Shown: positions 26,601 through 36,544, counted from the whole stretch's first letter. The stretch is DNA of 62,105 bases, filler included, from Sphacelaria rigidula (GCA_964200075.2; 2 parts of 2 records of this genome joined end to end with filler, not necessarily neighbours in it), one strand, 5' to 3'. A program made the numbers and translations. Notes: generated from the sequence alone by a model not told the origin.

Positions 26601-29600
26601 TCGATTCGGTCATGCACCTGTGGTTCCTGCGAGGCACTTATCCGACGAGGCAATAGAGTGTACGACCCCTCAACACACAAACGTCCCCGCAGTGCTAACG
26701 GTCGCTATTGAGGGCGCAGCTGTATTCCACGAAACTCAACAGGTGGTGGTACGGGCGCCTTTTCCGATAACGATGGAAAATATTCAGGAGTGGGGAGAAG
26801 GGGCGGTCGCGTTTTCTCTTTCCTCGTGGCCCGTACTGCACGGGACGTGGACGTTAACCCTAGAAGGCTTCGAGACTAATGCGATAAATGCCACCGCTAC
26901 GACTGCAGGTGTATCTGACGCTCTGTCAGAACTGCCGAACATTCAAAATGTCACGGTTCTCTCCAAGGAAAGCATAATTGTTTCAGAACCGCAGGCCGGT
27001 CTCACCTGGAACGAGACTACATACACCGTGCACTTTACCGCCCGCGGCGGGGATATCCCGACAATGACAGCAAACTCTACGAACCTTCGTTCGACCGCCT
27101 TCGAGGATGCACTCACGGGTATTGCGGAATATGACGAAGAAACCCCCGCACCAGCTCTAGTACCTACGCCGCAGGTCGTGGTTCGCACGGTCGAAGATGG
27201 GCACGACGGGGACGAAGTGGCCCGTGAGATTCAAGTGGTTAGGGTTACACGACCGGCGCTCACGGCCGAAGTACAAAGCATTACCGTGGCTACAGGAGTA
27301 ACACCCACGGCAGAGGTGAGATGTTGGGCATGTATCATCATTCAGATATATTTGTCCCAAATTTATTCGAGTCGTTTCATCACCGTTAAAGAAGCAGTCG
27401 AGTGCAGTGTGCTCTTTGGTCATTTGTTCTGCCTCATTTAGGTATTCCATGATTATTCAGCTTTTACTTTTGTTCTTCGGATATCTGGGGGAGACGAGGG
27501 TGGTCAAATGTGACCAAAATATGTGCTCAGGCACTGGAGTATATCATCTATGAGTGCACGTTCCTTAGGGGTACCGAGCTGCACCGGTCTGTCTCGGTAT
27601 CAGCAGAAAGAGGCCGAACACGAGCGTCACCAGGAAACAATTGGAGCCCCTCCCCCGAGCGTTTCTTGCATCTGCGCGGGAAGCAGCAGGGGGGCCGGGG
27701 TTCGGAGAGGAGGGTCATCGTTTTGCTGAACACGAATAGCTACTGATGCTGGGACCAAATAACTGTCAGTCGCACTACAGTAATTAGTGTGTTGACCTCA
27801 AGCAGTATCGGGAAGCAATGAAATCTTGAGCCAGATATTATGTGGGTATAGTCACCATGATGATTAACGCCACGCCACCTACAGCATAGCGGTACCGCAA
27901 AAGACATGGGCAGACACAGTTGGAAGAGTTTCCTATCGTCCCCCGTCGACGCTCGAACGTAAATAACTGGACTAGTGTATAGCCATGTCCCTGGACATAT
28001 TAACTGAGTTTAGACTTCTCTTCAAACGTCAAGTAGAGGTGATGGGTGCCCAGGATGTGATTCTGCCGAAACCGCTGGAGGTCATTTCATCTTGTACACT
28101 GGCAGAGGCAGACAGATACCAGAAGAAGCGCGAGTGAGGCTGTACGCCGGTGTTATTTTCAGGGAGGTACAATGTGAGTGTATACCCACATGTAATGACA
28201 CTTTTGTCACATGTGATTCACACAGACCACCGCTCGGGGCGGCAATAGAACCTGCACTGACCTTATATCATGAAGCGAAAAATATTCCTCACGATTTGCA
28301 ACAGCTTCGTCTGACGTCGCCATACGCCGACCCATGAATATCCGACAGATCCAGAAGGTGACTCTAGCGGCGGATTCAGCACTCTCCGGAGAGTTCACCC
28401 TCTCCTACCCTGATGTGGGTTCAACGGTACTGCTTGCGCACGATGCATCAGCCGAGGTTTTAGCATCATCTCTCCGCGCACTAGGATCCGACATTGGTTA
28501 TCCTCTTTCTGTATCGCGCGAACGAACAGGTATTTTATTTTCGCAATTCAACTCTAATCATTTTTAAGTAAGCCGCAACAGTCATACTTGAGTAAGCGAA
28601 AACCTGTCACAACCAAGGGAATTTCAGTCGTGCATATTAAGGAATCATATACCTCAGGCCTGTGTTAAAGTCACGAGAACAGGTGGCACGTAGTACTGAA
28701 AGTACGTGGCGTTTACAGCTTCGTTGAAACTGCAAAGTCATTTTTATTCGAATACTGAAACCAACTCATCGGTTACATTGTGCTGTGAAGTAGACTTGTG
28801 TTGAACTCCACCAGATCGAAGATAGATGGATTTCACGGCACTGTGGAGTACACGATCAGACAGGAACGTCCTCGACCGCATGCTATCCAACAGGAATGCA
28901 CTACAGCACCCTCTCACAAAGAACTGAGTCACATTTCGCAGAGCTAGGCGCGTTGGCCGTGGCTGTCGAGCAGGATGTATGGGCTTCTTTGGTCTGACGA
29001 ATACGTATAGTCAATGCGTTGGATGCATATGATGCCGTTGCTAACGATCACCCATCTGTCTACGCTGCTTCCACCGCAACACAACACCCCTGGAAAACAC
29101 AGGTGTTCGTGGGTACTCCTGGATCGTAACATTCGAAGATCTCTCGTTGGGTGACCGCCCTCAGCTTGCGGCCACCAATGTCTCATTACAATCTCAAGAC
29201 GGGGGAGATTTTACGCTGCAAATCGAGACGGCCACGAACGGAAGCAACGAAATTGGGGGAACGTTCGAGGTCAGAGATCGGCCGTTGTATGTGAATTGTC
29301 ATAATATTTTGAGTGTATTAAATTAAGTAAAATTCTAGGTGAGATAAGCAAGTGTCTAATCGAAGAGCACGGCGGGTGTTCGAGAGTAAGAAGAAATAGC
29401 GTTCGGGGACCGTCTCATCTCATGTACAAGTTTCACACCTTCGACGCCTGCGGTATAGTGTTTTGAATACATCGGAGACCTCCAATGTGCGCTGAACGGG
29501 AAGGGTGGACGTCCTTGCGTACACGTTCACTTTGCATACGTGTTCCAGCTGTTAGTAGAAGTTTTGTGTAACAACACTTTGAGATCATTCCCCCCTCCGC

Positions 29601-30018
29601 GCCGGGGGGAAGAGTACCCCCCCCCCCTCCCCGCTCCGTACTTCTTGGGTTTGCCGTCGAACACATGCGTAAATCCTCACGCCGCGCTCGGCCCCTTGCC
29701 TCTCCATCACCTCAGCTATCGTTTTCAGAGACCGCGTTGGACGACGAGGAGTCCGTCGAGGTGATATGGGTAACGGGACCCCTTGCTCACGATTCGCCTG
29801 CTCCAGAAGTGGAGGCTGCGCTGGAAGCTTTGACGGGCATCGACGATGTAGCTGTCGATGTGGAGCTCCTGCACGGCGGGCATGGGGGTCGAATTTTTTC
29901 TGTTGTCTGGCCCATGGATGCAGGCAGCCGTAATGTGCCGCAGCTGCGTGTCAATGGATCGGGTTTGACACCTGCCGGATCAGAAGAAGAAGCTGCGGCA
30001 GTTGCTTTCGTCAACGAG
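446..30018 (+). CDS. Giant multi-exon IPT/TIG-repeat protein with EVQ/WxVTF repeat domains (partial; 22 exons, ~2917 aa in window, both ends missing)
   Basis: Exons 446-2630, 2944-3230, 3658-3885, 4243-4422, 4804-4878, 6542-6655, 7061-7255, 7764-7907, 8254-8542, 9630-9827, 10657-10760, 13370-13454, 14303-14649, 15876-16057, 16530-16819, 17706-18016, 19319-19613 (or 19643), 19900-20432, 25258-27315, 28349-28529, 29103-29269, 29716-30018. All are AG/GT bounded (one possible GC donor) and phase-compatible. About 12 IPT/TIG units (PxxGPxxGGTxVxVxG..CxFG..CxxP..VxxNGQDF..FxY) and 13 copies of a GxFxLxF..DASA..ALExL..WxVTF..GDL repeat. Confidence 0.9.
2944..3230 (+). CDS. Exon of giant IPT/TIG protein (C-terminal part of an IPT domain)
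   Basis: ttag|GG TTT (phase 1) to CAG|gtatag. Encodes GFGDLPGLGCRFGG...VRVAVTVNGQNYGLEMAQFTYY. Confidence 0.88.
3658..3885 (+). CDS. Exon: N-terminal part of the split IPT domain
   Basis: tgcag|GTG to GAG|gtattt. VYSVSPDRGPTTGGTVVTVSG...LCRFGG...VECETPPHPGEDPDIE. Confidence 0.88.
4243..4422 (+). CDS. Exon: run of EVQ-type strands
   Basis: tgcag|GTA to GAG|gtgcgt. VQRVSIIGPAKQPEVQVVEALALPEGDPVYNVSIRGWGSQKEVQEVRVGAVHAANETAIE. Confidence 0.85.
4804..4878 (+). CDS. Exon: EVQ-type strands (not in ORF track)
   Basis: cacag|GTT to GAG|gtgaga. VIHTSMELAREVQRVTVDASANISE. Confidence 0.82.
5484..5623. repeat. Perfect 70-bp tandem duplication (2 copies)
   Basis: ggcttgttcgggacggg...gagagagggaaataaaaa starts at 5484 and again at 5554. 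Confidence 0.95.
6542..6655 (+). CDS. Exon: repeat domain D1, first half (not in ORF track)
   Basis: tttttccag|GTC to GAG|gtaaaa. VQEITVASLDALSLSGTFSLRHGFHVSSPVPFNASAAE. Confidence 0.85.
7061..7255 (+). CDS. Exon: repeat domain D1, second half
   Basis: aag|GTT to GAG|gtaaaa. VEEALMGLPSLGG...FQYNVTLAYATGDLAALSVVASDLSG..TTVTE. Confidence 0.82.
7764..7907 (+). CDS. Exon: repeat domain D2, first half (not in ORF track)
   Basis: ctccag|GTT to GAG|gtgaga. VVKGQPCEVQAISTRASTGGSFTLTYNGETTQDIPWDASAEVVQVALE. Confidence 0.88.
8254..8542 (+). CDS. Exon: repeat domain D2, second half, with poly-Asp loop
   Basis: atccag|GAT to ACAG|gtacaa. DLDSVGRL...GGRTWSVAFVGTAGDLELM...DDDDDDD...VSETQRG. Confidence 0.85.
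9630..9827 (+). CDS. Exon: repeat domain D3 with EF-hand-like loop
   Basis: ccttcag|AT (phase 1) to GGAG|gtacat. SGSLVISFDADGDGTIDVDELATLGVDADSLVAQEALQALEG. Confidence 0.85.
10657..10760 (+). CDS. Exon: repeat domain D3, second half (not in ORF track)
   Basis: caacag|GC to GAG|gtgcga. TAWLITFPEGNNYDALQVDVSGVAGTSPFALVEE. Confidence 0.83.
11787..11920 (+). repeat. Dispersed repeat with GGGGTGTACTCATGATCATG core (other copies 30924-30976, 58045-58183 minus, 61891-61926 minus, 61996-62044 minus)
   Basis: Near-identical core GGGGTGTACTCATGATC(A/T)TGC(A/G)TGCC(A/G)TAGTCA....CATTGACCTCGCA. The 11787 and 58045-58183 copies align over about 130-140 bp. Confidence 0.85.
13370..13454 (+). CDS. Exon: repeat domain D4 start
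   Basis: aag|GTG to GGAG|gtacga. VKAGTQLEVQMVQTTGTPTGEFFLGFGG. Confidence 0.83.
14303..14649 (+). CDS. Exon: repeat domain D4
   Basis: atag|AG to AAG|gttagt. DSDYVSFDASASDLKSTLEALPSVGTVNVSRE...YAWTITF. Confidence 0.88.
15876..16057 (+). CDS. Exon: repeat domain D5, first half
   Basis: ttcttccag|ATC to TACAG|gtgcag. IPLAV...YVAYDASAEEMGDALAEI...VSRE. Confidence 0.85.
16530..16819 (+). CDS. Exon: end of D5 and start of D6
   Basis: aatag|G TGG (phase 2) to CAAG|gtgaga. WTITFLDLAGNVPQFSVN...GGNVSMSF...AEYLQEALEG. Confidence 0.85.
17706..18016 (+). CDS. Exon: end of D6 and start of D7
   Basis: ttttcccag|AT to AAT|gtaatt. WGSITVDYTNLLDGGSIWTITFED...SGVFEMSVAG...VDASAVVLQN. Confidence 0.85.
18860..19280 (+). 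mobile_element. Probable LINE 3'-end relic with degenerate (AATC/TCAA)n tail
   Basis: Pyrimidine-rich tract followed by a degenerate tetranucleotide tail gaatgaatcgatcaatcattcaac...gaatcaat. No coding motif is left, so the assignment is inferential. Confidence 0.4.
19319..19613 (+). CDS. Exon: end of D7 and start of D8 (donor either GC after 19613 or GT after 19643)
   Basis: cctcag|GTA. VLREDFLSLG...RAWDIAWSSIPG...ISGTFSITI. Both candidate donors are phase 1 and compatible with the acceptor at 19899. Confidence 0.8.
19900..20432 (+). CDS. Exon: repeat domains D8 and D9
   Basis: actcag|GT to AAG|gtgagc. LAHNASADTLQTALEELGNVG...SYLITF...WGGEFALSFG...GYRWLVTFSGGYLDGNIDLLK. Confidence 0.88.
20715..21615. 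repeat. Degenerate short-period repeat region rich in (CC)AGATGGA(T/C)ATCCATCTGG-like palindromic units
   Basis: Recurring catctggga, gatatccat and agatggacatcc words in both orientations within a 4.8-kb intron. Confidence 0.6.
23391..23633 (+). repeat. Dispersed repeat family (other copies ~3278-3442, ~5711-5978, ~16915-17050 minus, ~54040-54108, ~57640-57760)
   Basis: Shared diverged core TGCAAGGCGTGTACCGGGGAGAGACGGGTTGATCCCTTGAG..GACTCGTCCCGAGGAA, recognised by eye in all listed copies. Confidence 0.75.
25258..27315 (+). CDS. Large exon: D10, closure of split IPT, two further IPT domains, a second opened IPT, repeat D11 and EVQ strands
   Basis: ttgcag|GTG to GAG|gtgaga. Lies within the 732-aa ORF 25243-27441. 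Confidence 0.92.
28349..28529 (+). CDS. Exon: repeat domain D12, first half
   Basis: gacag|ATC to ACAG|gtattt. IQKVTLAADSALSGEFTLSY...LAHDASAEVLASSLRAL. Confidence 0.85.
29103..29269 (+). CDS. Exon: repeat domain D12, second half (not in ORF track)
   Basis: cacag|GT to GAG|gtcaga. VRGYSWIVTFEDLSLGDRPQL...ETATNGSNEIGGTFE. Confidence 0.85.
29716..30018 (+). CDS. Exon: repeat domain D13 (last exon before contig end)
   Basis: cctcag|CTA to GAG|gtacac. LSFSE...LAHDSPAPEVEAALEALTGIDDVAV...RIFSVVW...NVPQLRVNGSGL. Confidence 0.85.
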
Positions 30019-31011
30019 GTACACTGCCGTATTCTACGGATGTTCACAACGCTTGCTTTCGTAGCTATCGGCCACCACCCTTGCCCTCCCATGCCACAGC
30101 CGGTTTCATCGCAAATACTCGTTTCCAAACCCACCAAGATGGATGACCTCAGCAACCTCTCTATATAATAGAACTAGAAAGTATGAGGAGCAGATTAAGC
30201 ACGGCCTTCTCCTCCCTGCGCATACTACCACCCGAGACAAGACTTCGGGCTAAACATAAGCACGGGTAGTGTGCTGCGCCCTCTGACCTTCGGCGTTGCC
30301 TAGGTATATGATGCGACAGAGGCCCGTTTGTTTATGCTACCGAGGATCTGTCAAAAATATAGTTCGGGACACGTAGGCCCCAAGATCGAAAATTCGAGAT
30401 TCTGAGGAGTGGAGGGGTAGGGGGCGGGGGGACACGCTGCCTGCTGTCCCCTAGTTTATTGCCGAGGCGTTGGCGGATGCGTTCAGCTGCCGTGTACAGG
30501 AATCTTTGGCATGGAGACCGCTGAGATGACGGACACACCGCCCCTCCAAGCTCATCATCTACCATGGTTCCATTCATGGCATCATGTTCCGTGTCGTGTG
30601 CCTCGATTACCTACCACTAGTAGTCCGGACAGATTTGGGGAGGCGTGAGATAATGTTGCTACTTTGCTACAGGCTGTCGCTACCGTGCGCTCGTGTATTC
30701 TACATAGATGTGTGTGAGCGTTGCCGGCATCCGAGGTCATCGGGACAGGGCGGGCAAGGAGCAGAAGCAAATATACGAACCTCGCAAAGCCCGCCAGACG
30801 TTTCAGTTTTTGTCAGTGTTTGTTATCAATTTTGTTCAACAATTTCAGCAAAAAAATCACAAAAAAATCACAAAAAAAATCATTAAAATGTTCAAAAACA
30901 AATTGTCCTCCGGGAAGGGGGGGGGGGTGTACTCATGATCATGCATGCCATAGTCATCAGACCATTGACCTCGCATTGGAGGGGGGGGGGGGGGGGGGGG
31001 GCTCTTTTGTT

Positions 31012-31111
31012 NNNNNNNNNNNNNNNNNNNNNNNNNNNNNNNNNNNNNNNNNNNNTTAATTAATTAANNNNNNNNNNNNNNNNNNNNNNNNNNNNNNNNN
31101 NNNNNNNNNNN
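31012..31111. other. Artificial contig-joining spacer (N44-TTAATTAATTAA-N44)
   Basis: Exactly 100 nt. The central 12-mer at 31056-31067 gives stop codons in all six frames. Confidence 0.95.
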
Positions 31112-33320
31112 TTTTTTTTTTTTTGGCGTGTTGTGGTTGTTTTTGTTCTTTTTTTTTTGTTGGGGGGGGGGGGGGGGGGGGGGAAGAAGGCGGCAGTTTG
31201 AGGCTTGACGACGCTGGCTAGATGTGCGGCAAGACCGTGGGACTTGCGGGCTCGCGTACTGTTGCTGCTCGGATAGAAAATAGAAAATAGTAAAGGGAAA
31301 AGGGTAAGGAGCGTCGAATTTGCATTGTGCTGTGTTGCAGAGTAGCAGATACGATGTGCGTCGTGGTTTATTGAGTGCGCATGATCGTAGCACATGGAAC
31401 ATGTTTTCTACTTGGTCATGTTTCTTGGTTCTAAACTAAACAAAAAATAAAAAATAAAATTTCATAAACTGCTTCTTCTTCGCTCAGAAGTCTGTACTCT
31501 CTGCGCTCTGTACCTACCAGGCCACAGCAGCAGGTGCAGGTGCACAGGGTATCGTACAACAACCATTTATTCTTCGATAAACGCACAGAACACGAGGGTC
31601 AGGGACATACAACCACGTACCGGTGGTACGCGCGCACAACAAAGCTAGAAAACCCGGGGATAGGGCGGTTTCGTCCCCTCGCGGTTGCGGTTATAACCTG
31701 TGGGTTGTATCAAAACGTGATTCAAGGTTATAACCGGTGCGTTATATGGAACATCCGGGGTTTTCCCCATCCTTGTTTTTTGTAATCCGTGTGGATGTTG
31801 GGCATCTAAATTATCTAGAAAATAGTCCCGGAGAACCTCTGACCGGATTTGACCCTGCAGTCTATTTCGTGTAGAGTCAGTATGCATGCTGTGTGTCTCC
31901 GCGGGATACAGCGGCAGTAAATAGTAAGCGTGCCATCGCTCTCCACTGAACACAATCTACCGTGTGCTGCTGATGCCTCTGCTTCGTGTTCTACAACAAC
32001 ACTACAGACAGTGTGAAGCTATGCTGGCAACACATGCGGGGCCAGGCACGCGGCATATTTCACGGGCAGAGTACTCAACACAATATTTGTACCCATGTAA
32101 TTCATGGTTGAATTGTCATGACCAAAATGAGGAGTATGGCTAGACAGCGTAGTCCGCCAGTATGGAAACTACATGCTCATTTTGACGGCCGTGATTGGTC
32201 AGAATGGTCACTTCGCTCCTCTCATGCCTCATTCTTGGCATATAATTTTCCGTGGAAAACTTGCAAAAACACATGGTTGACTTCGTGAGCTTTCCGGGGA
32301 TTCCTGCGAACAGGCCCCCACCCTCTGTCAAGAACCACCTCCCCCGGACCCTTGGAAACCCCCGGATGTCCCTGGACTGCCAGCCTGTGAAACTGTTTCG
32401 AGGCGACGCTCGCTGTCTAAGAGTTAACGGGGCTCACAGTCCCAGGGACTCGCCCAGCGTGCTCAGCACGCGTTTTGACTCAACAACGCACACTCTCCGA
32501 AGGGCACCCTATGTACCCCAAGAGCTTGTACAGTGTGTAGTGCCGTACGCAAACATGGACAGACAAGGCGGCACATCACAGCAATATATACACTATACCG
32601 TCCATCACACATTTCAGCGTCGTACCGTACCTATAAATGGAAAGACAGTTCGGCGCAGCCGAGCAGTGTACATTACCGGCCGTCAGACATTACCACACAC
32701 GCCAATTACCAGTCAATGTGCACCAGATTGTGTCCTACACGGCCGCTTGTGTCTTCCGTTAAATCATCCAGCACAATCATCCGTGATTGTTTCTCAGCTG
32801 GGTCCCATCACAGCAGTTAGGTGCGGCCAACAACACTACTCCTAATTACACGGGCGGTCTAAGCCGCAAAGCCTCCGGTACCTACTTCGCGTGTGCTGCA
32901 GTAGCGGTGGGGTTGCTTTTTCGTGGATGGTACACCAGAAGGGGACCTACCCAACGATACTACCGCAACTCCGAAGGACGGTCGCCAAGGGGTAAGTCTC
33001 AAAACTGCAATGAGCTCACCCAGTTGCTTGGCTTGAAAACCGCCGGTATCGGCGTCCACAGAGAGCGCACCAGAGCATATTTACCTCCCTGAAACTTGAC
33101 CATACCATTGCATATAAGGTGATAAACACGTAGATACCTTCCTGTGCATGAGGGAAAAAACCATGCTGCTTCGTAGCCCTCAGGCAGCGAGGGTGTATCT
33201 CGTCGTCAACATGTTTTTTTTGGAATGGACCACATCTGCCGCATTGCGGCGCTGCGAGATGAAAAATGCTGTGCCCACGGTACCTGTATAGTAGCCGGAG
33301 TTGTCTTCCCATTAGTGCTG

Positions 33321-34412
33321 ACAGGGAGTTGTTAGTTGTAACCGTTGCCCAAAACGAGCATCAACCGTGGGCTGTATCCGCATCACAGCGCAGTACTGAT
33401 TTATTGTACTCTGCTGCATTGTACCCTCTGCCGTCTGTCAGGAGAGCGGTACGAAATCTCAACCGCCAGTCGTGCAAGAAAGGTGGGGGGGGGCTCACCG
33501 AGCTGGGACAAGACGTGGGCTGACAAGACCGAAGCCGAGCGACACACTTCGCGGTGCGCCGAACGGGGACGATATTTGTAGGTCGGAAGGTGCGCCTTGG
33601 AATATGTGGGACCGTCCGACACAATTTCACGCGCACTTTCCGGCCTACGAATATCCTCGTTCGTGTGGCCCATCGCTGAGTGTGTCGGCTGGCTTCGGTC
33701 CTGTCAGCCCATCGCTTGTCCTCGCTCGGGAGGGACGGGATCGAAGCCTAGCGCCACACTTAGCGATGAACCACACGGGGAATAAACTTGTAGGCCGTAA
33801 GGTGCCTGTTAATTTGTGGTGGTCCCACAAATTACGAACGCGTTCATACGGCAGGAATCTCAGCCGCCGGTCATGCGTCGACCTACAAACTCATTTTCCG
33901 CGTGGCGCACAACTACGTGTATCGCTCGGCTTCCGTCCTGACACCCCACAGCTTGTCCTCGCTCGGGGCCGACAGTACCAAAGCCTAGCACACACTTAGT
34001 AGTGCGTCACGCAGGGAACGCACGTGTAGAGCCGGAAGGTGCGTGTTCATTTGTGCTGAGTCTCACAAACTAACGCGCACCTTCCAAACTACAAACGCAT
34101 CCCCCGGGTGGCGCACCGCTACGATTGTCGCTCGGCTTCGGTCGTGTCAGCCCGCAGCTTATCCTCGCCACATGAATCCTGCTTCATCATTCGTGCATGA
34201 CTGGCGGCTGAGATTCCTGCTGTTCAGCCGTCTCTTAGTCCCGTCCCTCCAGGTTAGGGGGAAAAGGGGTCGTCTGTCATGCTTGCCATTCTCTCATCAC
34301 GCAGCGGAGGGCATGATACGGCAGAATAATCAGTACTGCGCCGTACTGTGATGCGGACACGGCCAGCGATTGATGCGAGTTTCGTACGACGGTTACAACT
34401 AACACCCTCCTG
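33321..34412. mobile_element. Foldback/long-TIR non-autonomous element
   Basis: 33321-33590 is a diverged reverse complement of ~34100-34412 (e.g. gttagttgtaaccgt / acggttacaactaac; tccgcatcacag / ctgtgatgcgga; gaccgaagccgagcgaca / tgtcgctcggcttcggtc). Internal subrepeats occur at ~33683 and ~33920. Confidence 0.8.
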
Positions 34413-34804
34413 CCTTCAGCAGATTACAATGTATATGCACAGCCATTACAGTGAGACGTAAAATGTCGGGGCTCACGACTCTTGTAGGGATTTAGTGTGC
34501 ATGGTTGTTCCTTGTTGATACTGATTGCGCCCGATCCTGGTTATCTGTGCATGGGTTATCCGCCAGAGTAAACTCGGCAGTCGAACCTTTACATGAAAGA
34601 GTCGGACTTGCTTTGCGGATCGGAGAACCGGGAAGTTGTGCTTCCGAACAAGCGTAGCTTGTGGAACGAGCTCGAAAATGTACGACCATTGCTGTTTTGA
34701 CTTTGCTGGAATAGCGGAAACACAGTATGGCATACAAGCTCCTGGAAATATTCTACAAGCGGGTACAATTTCCGCTCGGTGTAGGTACCGCAGGACTTTC
34801 AGGC

Positions 34805-34957
34805 ACAGACGACAGACAACAGACGACAGACGACAGACGACAGACGACAGACGACAGACGACAGACGACAGACGACAGACGACAGACGACAGACGACAGA
34901 CGACAGACGACAGACGACAGACGACAGACGACAGACGACAGACGACAGGCGACAGAC
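34805..34957. repeat. (ACAGACG)n heptamer microsatellite, ~21 units
   Basis: Direct reading of the tandem array. Confidence 0.97.
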
Positions 34958-36051
34958 TCAGGTACACCTGTAGCCGTTCTCGCCGAAACCAGGTATACGG
35001 CGGTTTCAGCCGATCACATGGCCGTAACTTCTCGCGGTTATCTTGCGGTCAATCATTACTCCACGTTTTTGTAGCGGAAAAGGGTCCAAGTATACCTGCA
35101 TCTGTCGTTTCCCCAAGCAGAGGTTTCGGCGATACCCACCGTTGGATAATGACTCTCGAAGTGAAATGTCCCCATGTCTGACAGAGTCTAGGTTAGCCCT
35201 TGGAGCGCCGGAAGCGGAAGATCGCTCCTAGATCGACTGTGAGTCACTCGCGCGAAAGGCGGCGGTTTCGGCCGTATTCCAAACAACATATTACCCAGGC
35301 GTGGGGTCCGGAACTCCGAATTCCTGCGGAAGGATTTGTTATCGGGGGTAAGTGGGTGAGATGAAATACTACACAGCGTCGTTTCTTTTCCATGATACGT
35401 AAGCTTTTGTGGCGGTAAATAATAATTTTTTTTATGCTCCGGATAAATCAGTCATGTTCCATAGTATCAGACCAGAAAAGAAACCATCCTTGGAAGAGAA
35501 GCCATCACAATCAGCACGGACAGCTGGCGCAGCAGGTGTGGGTTGACGGTGGAGGAATCAGCACGGCGAGGGATGACCGTCACTGAACAGATCGCAAGCG
35601 GTTGCTACTCGAAACCTGCCCCGGTCCGGGAGTTTACGAGTGAATTGGTACTGTGTTCTCAGAGCTGGGGGCGCCACTCTGTGCACACGAGTACTGTTGC
35701 TGACTGTGTCTACAATAGCGTGGAAGTAGACTTGCATAACGTGACACTGTTGGATAGTGAAATACTCCGCAAGAGCTTCACGAGGTGGAAGTTGGTCAAT
35801 CACCTAGATACTCACGAACAAGCTCGAAACGGCCGCACTCTAAGTTGGTAGCGGGAGAAGAGTACCACCACAACCACCCCCATGGCTGCCAGACTGTCAG
35901 CACACCCGTTCCGGAAGTTCTGGTACCATCCGTCCGTAATGGAACGTTGCCCCCTTGCCAGGTACGCCGGCACGTGTCCGTGGCAGGACCCCCTGTTCGC
36001 GCGAGGAGAGCTTGACCTAGAGCTGTCGAGTGACTTGGAGGGGGAACGTTG

Positions 36052-36214
36052 AGCCCCCAACCCCAAGATATATAATAGAGCTAGAAGGGCGCTTTTTAGC
36101 TGTGTTTCTTTGAGCGTTGACCCATAACCGGCTCAGCCCCCAACCCCAAGATGTATAATAGAGCTAGAAGGGCGCTTCTTAGCTGTGTTTCTTTGAGCGT
36201 TGACCCATAACCGG
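36052..36214. repeat. ~83-bp tandem duplication (2 copies)
   Basis: agcccccaaccccaagat(a/g)tataatagagctagaagggcgc...gacccataaccgg starts at 36052 and 36135. Confidence 0.92.
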
Positions 36215-36544
36215 ACGAAGATTCATTGCACGGCTGACAGGATCCGCTGCTACCTGCGTGCCTGATTAATATCGTACCCTCTACGATTGCCATCAGGCAA
36301 AAGGTGCTGAGTAAGAAAGAACGAGCTCGATGCCGGTACCTGTCGCTTCAACGCACACCGCGCCCTCAGTGCCTTGAACCCTTGAACCCGTGACTTTTGA
36401 CACATATCCGTGGTACACTACCAACCAACACATCCCCCAAGCTTTGGCACCATGGCACACGAGGTGCACCTTGTCTCGACGCCCAACCTTCCAAAGTACC
36501 GCCTCCATATCATGGGAAAGAAACAGTATCGTAAAAACCAAGAT

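Noticed and set aside
32560-33312. Possible degenerate transposase on the minus strand
   Set aside because: Fragmented frames with no identifiable catalytic motif.
34473-35181. ORFs with RRQTTDD / LSSVVCR repeats
   Set aside because: These are translations of the stop-free heptamer microsatellite, with no splice or domain support.
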